Shown one piece after another: positions 56,635 through 64,000 of a stretch of 64,000 bases of DNA. This stretch comes from Eledone cirrhosa. Its lineage: Eukaryota. The position numbers were made by a program, and so were the translations under genes. The stretch covers positions 281,418,001 through 281,482,000 of the forward strand of contig OZ024743.1 of the NCBI GenBank assembly GCA_964016885.1. The letters are read 5' to 3'. The first letter of the stretch is position 1. Each line of letters opens with the position of its first letter. Below the pieces are notes generated by a model. That model saw nothing but the letters and a program-made list of their open reading frames with translations, was not told where the DNA came from and did not search any database.

Positions 56635-59600
56635 ATCATCATCATCATCATCATCATCAGGTTTAGCGTCCGTGTTCCACGCTTGCATGGGTTTTGACGG
56701 GGGTTTTCCCACTTGAGGCAAGAGTGGTTGTCTTGCTCGCATAGGACTGTCTGGCGGGTTTTCTACAGTTGGATGCCCTTCCTAACACCAACCACATTTA
56801 CAGTGTGGGGCTGGGAGGTTTTTACCGTGTTGCCTACACGGCCACATTACAGCGTGGACTGTCTGGCGGGTTTTCTACAGCTGGATGCCCTTCCTAACAC
56901 CAACCACATTTACAGTGTGGGGCTGGGAGGTTTTTACCGTGTTGCCTACACGGCCACATTTACAGCGTGGACTGTGTGTTTTTTGTCGTGACACCTACAC
57001 GATCTCATTTGTTTCGGCCTGGATGTTGTGGGACCAACATAACTTTACATTGAAAGGGGCGGTGTGGGTGGGGTGGAGGGTGGTGGGACGGGGGTGTGTT
57101 TTGATAGAGATGCCTACTGACTGTAGTAGGTTTTTACTTTGTATTTAGGTAAGGCGGGTCTTCTCTATTACTGAGTACCGCCAAAGGTCTCGGTCCAGTG
57201 ACATTGTCTTGGAGAGGTGTAAGCGTGTGAGGTCGGAATTTATCAGCTCGTCCCATGTTTTTCTGGGTCTGCCTACTCCGTGGCTACCGTCTATCTTTAT
57301 TGCCCTGCACTTTGTTATACAGCTGTCGTCTTTCATGCGCATCACGTGACCGTACCAACGTAGCCTTCTCTCGAGTAAACAACATCTGATCCCTCTTATT
57401 TCTAATTTTTTCCTTAGTTCGTTTATGCTTTGCCGTTCACGTATATTACTATTGCACATCCAGCGGAGCATGCAAGCTTCGTTCCTCTCTAGTCTGCGTA
57501 TATCCTCTGCACACAATGCCCAGGTCTCACTGCCATGCAGCATTGCTGTTCGTATGCAGGCATCGTATAACCTGCCTTTCATTTTTAGGGAGAACCCTCT
57601 AGCGGCTAATAGTGGTATAAGCTCTCTGAACTTTTTCCATCCAGTTCTGACTCTAGCTACTGTACTTTCAGAGCACCCTCCCCCACTGCTGATTTTGTCA
57701 CCCAGATAACGGAAGCTGTCCACTATTTCTATAGAACCCTCTGCGCAGTTGAAGGAGCTAGTATTTTGTGGGCACTTGCTGCTACTTATTGCACCAGAGC
57801 ACCGGCCACATGTAAAATCTATGTTCTTAGTTAGCTTACCTGTGATCCCACTACATCTTTTATGCACCCATACTTTGCATTTGGGACATAAAATGGAGTT
57901 TCTACCTACGCCTTTCCTACACACTGAGCATGGCCATTTCCCCGATGGGACCGCCGCCTTATTTTCTTTCCTACAAACTAGAACTTTAGTCTTAGCCAGG
58001 TTAATTTTAAGGCCTTTTGATTCTAGGCCGTGCTTCCACGTTTGGAATTTCTTCTCTAGTTCGGTCATTGATTCAGCTATGAGCGTTAGATCATCTGCGT
58101 ATAGGAGTTCCCATGGGCAGCCGGTCTTGAACTCCTCTGTTATAGCCTGAAGGGCAATAATAAATAGTAGGGGGCTAAGAACAGAGCCCTGATGGACACC
58201 AACTTTTACGCTAAACTCTTCACTATATTCGTTGTTAATTCTAACCTTACTGACTGTTTCTTTATACATGGCTTGTATAGCTCTCACAAGCCATTCGTCA
58301 ACACCTAGTTTTCTAAGAGACCACCAGATAATGGAACGGGGGACTCTGTCGAAGGCTTTCTCCAAGTCGACAAAAGCTAAGTATAGGGGTTTACTTTTAG
58401 CTAGGTACTTCTCCTGTAGTTGTCGTACAATGAAAAGAGCGTCTGTGGTACTTTTGCCTGACACAAACCCGAACTGCATTTCATCTAGATCAATTCTCTC
58501 TCTGATTAGTTGCGCTATTACTTTTTCCGTGACCTTCATGACCTGGTCGATTAATTTAATGCCTCTATAGTTACTCCTATCTAGGGCATCTCCTTTTCCC
58601 TTATAGCAGTTAACGATGATGCTGCTACGCCATTCCTTCGGAACAACCCCATTCTGTACGACTTGGTTAACTATCCGGGTGACCATGGTGTGTCCCACCG
58701 AACCAGATGCCTTCAGCATCTCAGCAACTATTTCCGAAGGCCCAGCCGCCTTACCCATCTTCATATCTTTGATTGCCTTACTTATTATACTACCTTCAAC
58801 TAACACTGCTGGTCCCTCTATTGGATCGATCTGGGGGAGACTGTCTTTCTCCCATTTGTTCTCCTCATTTAGAAGCCTTTCGTAGTGACACTTCCAAGCT
58901 ACCTTCTTATCAGCGTCGGTGATGGCAAGTATGCCATCATCGTTAAGTACACACTTCTCCCCGACAATATCACGGTTTTCCTTGACACATTGCCTGGCAA
59001 TCCTGAACACCTCATGTTTTTGGTCCTCACGTTGTAGAACATGCTTGAACTTTCTTTCCTCTGCTTCCCTTCTTGCGAAGTACACTTGTCTCCTAGCTTC
59101 CCTCCTGGCCACTTGATAGTCTTCTCTACTTCCCCCATCCCGCCATACTTTCCAAGCCTGCTTTTTGGCCTTAATTGACTCCTCCACCTTACTGTTCCAC
59201 CACCATGTTACTCTCCTCCTACCTACAGGCCTGCTCCAGCCACAGACTTCGTCTGCCGCCGTCAGCAGGTTTGCTCTCAGGAATTCCCACTGTTCCTCTA
59301 TATTATACGACTCTAATTGCTCTTCCTTACTGTCGAAAGCGTCAAGTAATATGCTTTGGAATTTATTTCTGGCTATGGGGTCCTTTAGCTTCCATATTTT
59401 TCTCCTGAGGATAGTCCTCTTCCGCTGTCTAGTACGTCTCGTCCTGACTATGAGGTCGCTAATTATCAGTCTATGTTGGGAGGTGAATTCTTCATGGGGG
59501 TGGGATTTAGTGTTAACAACAGACACTCTGTCACGTCTTCTGGTAAGGATATAATCTACCTGGCTTGTGTGTTCCCCCGATCTATAGGTGATCAAGTGAT

Positions 59601-60580
59601 TGTCTCGTTTTTTGAAGTTAGTGTTACAGATAGTTAAGTTATTTGCGTCGCAGAATTCCAGGATTCTGGAGCCTTCCTCATTTCTAGTACCGAACCCATA
59701 GCCTCCATGGATTCCGTCATAGCCGTCACAATGTTGTCCAACGTGACCATTTAGGTCGCCTGCAATAACTATATAGTCACTGTCGGTTATTTGGGAGGTA
59801 GCGAGCATCAGTGTCTCGTAGAATTTGTCTTTTATAGCGCGGGGCAGTCCGGATTGGGGTGCGTACGCAGATATTACTGTCACCGTAGTTTTATTGAGGA
59901 CAAGTCTTATTTTAATTATTCTGTCGTTCACTCTATTTACGTCTATTATCTTATCTGCCCACTTTTCTGCTACCATGATTCCTACCCCACCCAACCCATT
60001 GTCATTTCCCACCCAGAAAAGCTTATAGCATCGTTCTTTACCCACGATGAATCTAGCCGACCCTCCCCTCCACCTGGTCTCTTGAATACAACAAACATCG
60101 ACCTCCTTACGTTCAAGCATTTCTACAACCTCGTTAGAGCGACCCTTTAAGGTACCTACATTCATGGTACCAACTCTGAAGTTTTGGATTGCGTTTGGAG
60201 GGTGGGAGCGGTGGGGCGCGGGGGGGGGGGGGGGGTTATGTTAGCCATCCTGGGCCGAAACAAGGAGGAGTGCTTGCATTCTCGTCCACGAGGTGAATTT
60301 GGCTTTATCTTTGGCATTGTCGCTGAGCGTCCACATTTTTCTCTCTTCAACTCTCCAGAATTCCGTAGTCCATCCATCATATCGAAAAGCAACCAGTTAA
60401 GCGATAGTATGGGCCTCTGACTTATGATTGGTCCACGTAATAATGGTGGTGCGTGGGGGCGGGAGGGAGGGATGATGGGTTGTTAGCGAGAATGTAAGGT
60501 TTAAGATAAGATCGCCGTATTTTGGGCATAATTTAACAATAAACGAAAATACAAGATTTGTTTTGTTTAAGAAAATACGA
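56635..60580 (-). mobile_element. Apparently full-length RTE-clade LINE
   Basis: Single APE+RT ORF, ~500-bp 3'UTR and (GAT)n tail; 5' boundary approximate. Confidence 0.93.
57145..60165 (-). CDS. RTE LINE polyprotein: AP endonuclease + reverse transcriptase with inserted PHD-like zinc finger (1006 aa, uninterrupted)
   Basis: NVGTL, IQETRW, SAYAP, GDLN, VDYIL, SQH; QFGF, DLEKAFD, GVHQGSVLSP, YADD, FRYLG; RRLRWYGH, GRPRKTW. Confidence 0.95.
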   Translation of the reverse strand: MNVGTLKGRSNEVVEMLERKEVDVCCIQETRWRGGSARFIVGKERCYKLFWVGNDNGLGGVGIMVAEKWADKIIDVNRVNDRIIKIRLVLNKTTVTVISAYAPQSGLPRAIKDKFYETLMLATSQITDSDYIVIAGDLNGHVGQHCDGYDGIHGGYGFGTRNEEGSRILEFCDANNLTICNTNFKKRDNHLITYRSGEHTSQVDYILTRRRDRVSVVNTKSHPHEEFTSQHRLIISDLIVRTRRTRQRKRTILRRKIWKLKDPIARNKFQSILLDAFDSKEEQLESYNIEEQWEFLRANLLTAADEVCGWSRPVGRRRVTWWWNSKVEESIKAKKQAWKVWRDGGSREDYQVARREARRQVYFARREAEERKFKHVLQREDQKHEVFRIARQCVKENRDIVGEKCVLNDDGILAITDADKKVAWKCHYERLLNEENKWEKDSLPQIDPIEGPAVLVEGSIISKAIKDMKMGKAAGPSEIVAEMLKASGSVGHTMVTRIVNQVVQNGVVPKEWRSSIIVNCYKGKGDALDRSNYRGIKLIDQVMKVTEKVIAQLIRERIDLDEMQFGFVSGKSTTDALFIVRQLQEKYLAKSKPLYLAFVDLEKAFDRVPRSIIWWSLRKLGVDEWLVRAIQAMYKETVSKVRINNEYSEEFSVKVGVHQGSVLSPLLFIIALQAITEEFKTGCPWELLYADDLTLIAESMTELEKKFQTWKHGLESKGLKINLAKTKVLVCRKENKAAVPSGKWPCSVCRKGVGRNSILCPKCKVWVHKRCSGITGKLTKNIDFTCGRCSGAISSSKCPQNTSSFNCAEGSIEIVDSFRYLGDKISSGGGCSESTVARVRTGWKKFRELIPLLAARGFSLKMKGRLYDACIRTAMLHGSETWALCAEDIRRLERNEACMLRWMCNSNIRERQSINELRKKLEIRGIRCCLLERRLRWYGHVMRMKDDSCITKCRAIKIDGSHGVGRPRKTWDELINSDLTRLHLSKTMSLDRDLWRYSVIEKTRLT

Positions 60581-61089
60581 TATATATATATATAATTTGT
60601 TGTCTCTCTGTCTTTTCCTTAAGCCTCAAATGGGTCGACCCTGGGATTAACATGTAATTTTTATTTTCATTTAGATTAAAACCATATAACATTTTATCTA
60701 CAATAATCTTTCTATAGTCAACTATAGTAAACGGACATTTTATAACACGATGACATCACATTTTGTATATGAGTGTGTATGTGTATGTGAGTGTATGTGT
60801 GTGTGTTTGCGCATTCGTTACGAACGTTAGGCCTTAGTAAGTTACATACAGACACATCTTCACATAGATATTTAATCAGATACACAAAGAATTAAACACA
60901 CACATGCATCTACACGTGTGATGACTGATAGACATGTGTGTGTGTGAGTATACATACATTTCTGTGATGACTGACATAATAAATGCTGGGGATGAAACTG
61001 TGTTTGTATAAATGTATGTTTGTGTGTGTTTTTTTATAAATTTGTGTGAGTGTGTGTGTGTGCCTGTTCGTGGGTGAAACTTTGTTCTT

Positions 61090-61122
<33 letters not shown>

Positions 61123-61455
61123 ATACACTAGTCAAACTAAGTTTGGTAATTTCAATTAAAAATTAAGTCCATGACAAGTCATATTTATATTCAGGCTAAC
61201 AACTTCTCTTAAGACACCTGTTTGTGTGTTCTTACAAGAAAATTATGCATTCACAGGGTAGTTATCATTTCATCTAACATTCATTAATACAAAAAATTAA
61301 AAATACACACCACATTACATTTTTTTTTTGTTTATTGTAATTAATATTTGCATAATTGTATGCATCACTGTTTCTATGTAGTAATGTCAAGTTGACCTTA
61401 TGTAATGAAAATAAGAGACTTTTGCTTGTTTATTTAATAGTCTGCCTTTTAGCCT

Positions 61456-61904
61456 ACAACAGCAACGTGCTGTCCACTCTTGTACTGAAGTGAAACATGG
61501 CACCTTAAGACCAGCCAAGAGAAGAAGTTGGACGCATTCGATTCCAGATGTCTGCGAAAGATCCTAGGGATTAAATGGAGTGACCATGTAACAAACCAGG
61601 AAGTCAGGAACCGCACCAACCAGCAGCTAGTCTCTTCTGCCATCCGCAAGCGACGCCTGGGCTGGTTTGGACACGCTTTGAGACTTCCCCCGGAGAGACT
61701 GGTGAACCAAGTACTTAAATGGAGCCCGCAGGGAAGCAGACGGAGAGGGCGACCCAAAATGAACTGGCGCCAGACAGTTGAGAGGGACCTGCGAGCGACA
61801 AACAGACAATGACGGGACGCTGTGCAACTGGCTGCTGACCGAATGCGATGGAACACTATGATTACCTCATGCGTCGCAAGATGTGGGAGCTTCTGAGTCC
61901 GAGT
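61456..61904 (+). mobile_element. 5'-truncated RTE-clade LINE with target-site duplication
   Basis: DAFDSRCLRKILGIKWSD...RRLGWFGH...RRGRPK; flanked by a CTTTTAGCCT direct repeat (61446-61455 / 61905-61914). Confidence 0.88.
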
Positions 61905-62246
61905 CTTTTAGCCTTCTGATTTCCTGTTTTAAGTTTTCTCTTGCATGTATTCACTACAATTAAATTATACAAAAGCCAGAGAATGTCCACTTTTCACACA
62001 CCCACACACACACACAAAAGGTATGTATGTAAGGTTACCAGCTGGCTTCATACTGGTTGCAGATTATTTGATTATTTTGTTTAAGAAAATAACATATCTG
62101 TGCATCTGCTCAATTTCCTCCTATTTTAATGAACGAAACTAGTACACTACTGGAGGCATTGATATATCCCAGGAAATGATCTAACCATTGGTAAGAGTAG
62201 GCACAAATACTGAATTGAAGATAGAGAGTTTGGCTTTTACACCTAC

Positions 62247-62914
62247 AAGGAAAAAATTAGAAATAAGAGGGATCAGATGTTGTTTACTCGAGAGAAGGCT
62301 ACGTTGGTATGGACACGTGATGCGCATGAAAAACGATAGCTGTATAACAAAGTGCAGGGCAATAAAGATAGACGGTAGCCACGGAATAGGCAGACCTAGA
62401 AAAACCTGGGACGAGCTGATAAACTCCGACCTCACACACTTACACCTCTCCAAGACAATGTCACTGGACCGAGACCTTTGGCGGTACTCAATAATAGAGA
62501 AGACCCGCCTTACCTAAATACATAGTAAAACCTACTACAGTCAGTAGGCATCTCTAACAAAATACACCCCCGTCCCACCACCCCCACCCCATCCACACCA
62601 CCCCGTTCTATGTAAAGTTATGTTGGTGCCGCGCCATCCAGGCCGAAACAAATGAGATCGTGTAGGTGTCACGACAAAAAAACACACAGTCCACGCTGTA
62701 ATGTGGCCGTGTAGGCAACACGGTAAAAACCTCCCAGACCCACACTGTAAATGTGGTTGGTGTTAGGAAGGGCATCCAACTGTAGAAAACCCGCCAGACA
62801 GTCCTATACGAGCAAGACAATCACTCTTGCCTCAAGTGGGAAAACCCCCGTCCAAACCCATGCAAGCGCGGAACACGGACGTTAAACGTTGATGATGATG
62901 ATGATGATGATGAT
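62247..62914 (+). mobile_element. 5'-truncated copy of the same RTE LINE
   Basis: RKKLEIRGIRCC...EKTRLT*, 3'UTR and (GAT)n tail. Confidence 0.95.
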
Positions 62915-63049
62915 CCCTTCTTCTGATGACCAACTGCAATTCTGACATTTAATGAGTAAGTCTATTCTAAAATACTCTACAAAACAAATCAATATGAATT
63001 AATGAGAGAAAAAGTGGTTGTTGTAGAGGAGAAAAGCATAGCTCAACAA

Positions 63050-64000
63050 CCTCTTGAGTCATCTCCCTGGTTGATCTTGTCCAGATGGAGTATATCCGTG
63101 AGTGCTTTACCCGCCTAACCTCTGGTCAGAACCTATCTACATATATCCTGAGTTCACACGGTAAAAACATGTCCGCTGGGCATGACAATCTGAAAGTGAG
63201 AGGCAAACTAATCTGGTCCTACTTCCACTAACATGACATCACATGCCCTTATGCTTCTAGCTAGGCACTCAAGCCACATGACATCACTGAACTTTATACT
63301 TTCAAAGATCACCTCATCTTCTCATTCCATCTCAAAATTTGCCATCCATTGTCATTCCCACTGTGACCTCCACAGAGCTGGGGTACTGCTCACATCCTCT
63401 TCTTCGTTGTTGTTCGACAAATCGATGATATTGCAGACAACCAAGACATGACACAGCATTCCATCCACAAACTCGTAGTTTTGTAAATTTACATCCATTA
63501 CTATTCCTTTCTCCCATTGAGATGTACATTTGGATACTTGACCCAGACTTTGTCCCTGACCTGTACAAATGACGTTGTGGTACTATACATGGATGTCACC
63601 ATTCATATTTGACCAGTCCAGGACCACATAGTATACCAAAACATTTTGATATATGTCCACTCTCCGCCATGGTCTTGATTATGTGATGGTGTCTTTCCAC
63701 AATCCCCACTTGGCCTATAAGCTACTCTGATGAAGTGCTTCATGTTCCACTTATCAAGTATTTCCTTCAGCACCTAGGAGTGGAATGCAATACCATTATC
63801 CATCAACAGCTCGTCCACAGGGCCCTGCTCCAGGAATATTTTGGTCAGCATTCATGCAATTTCATCAGCAGTCCCCATCTTTATTTCCCTCTGCAGTTGA
63901 CCATCGAGGGATATGTGCGCTGTCGGTAGTACATCACATCAACTGACAATCGTTTCCAGTTGTTTCTCGTCTTGTGCACACTCGAGCAGGATAGATGGAC
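63050..64000 (-). mobile_element. Decayed Gypsy-type integrase region
   Basis: Manual translation: WKRLSVDV...IFLEQGPVDELLMDNGIAF...WNMKHFIRVAYRPSG / GIVERHH, with stops and frameshifts. Confidence 0.75.

Noticed and set aside
60230-60420. HDV-like ribozyme in the RTE 5'UTR (TTCACCTCGTGG...GGCTAA)
   Set aside because: Could not assign consistent P1/P2/P3 pairings by eye; needs a motif search

Overview
AT-rich, intron- and repeat-rich animal genomic DNA; the repeat landscape suggests a mollusc, possibly a cephalopod (inference). There are two convergent spliced genes. DDX46/PRP5 (DEAD-box splicing helicase, + strand) has 20 coding exons from 5043 to 36843 in one consistent frame; its short ATG exon was not found. 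SPC24 (NDC80 kinetochore subunit, - strand) has 4 coding exons from 54392 to 40699 (about 190 aa), and its last intron has U12-type (minor spliceosome) signals. Introns and flanks hold a 4.5-kb Helitron with intact termini, a 0.4-kb non-autonomous Helitron, a Tc1 DD34E element with IR/DR ends, a Penelope-like (RT + GIY-YIG) element, an apparently full-length RTE LINE with an intact ORF plus truncated copies, L1/Tx1 and Gypsy relics, piggyBac- and hAT-type MITEs and many SINE fragments. The most unusual signal is a set of hammerhead-ribozyme-shaped motifs with non-canonical cores in Penelope-type ends, most of them abutting (TA)n tracts. One is a ~320-bp non-coding fold-back carrying the motif on both strands. 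All RNA folds were paired by eye and no searches were run.
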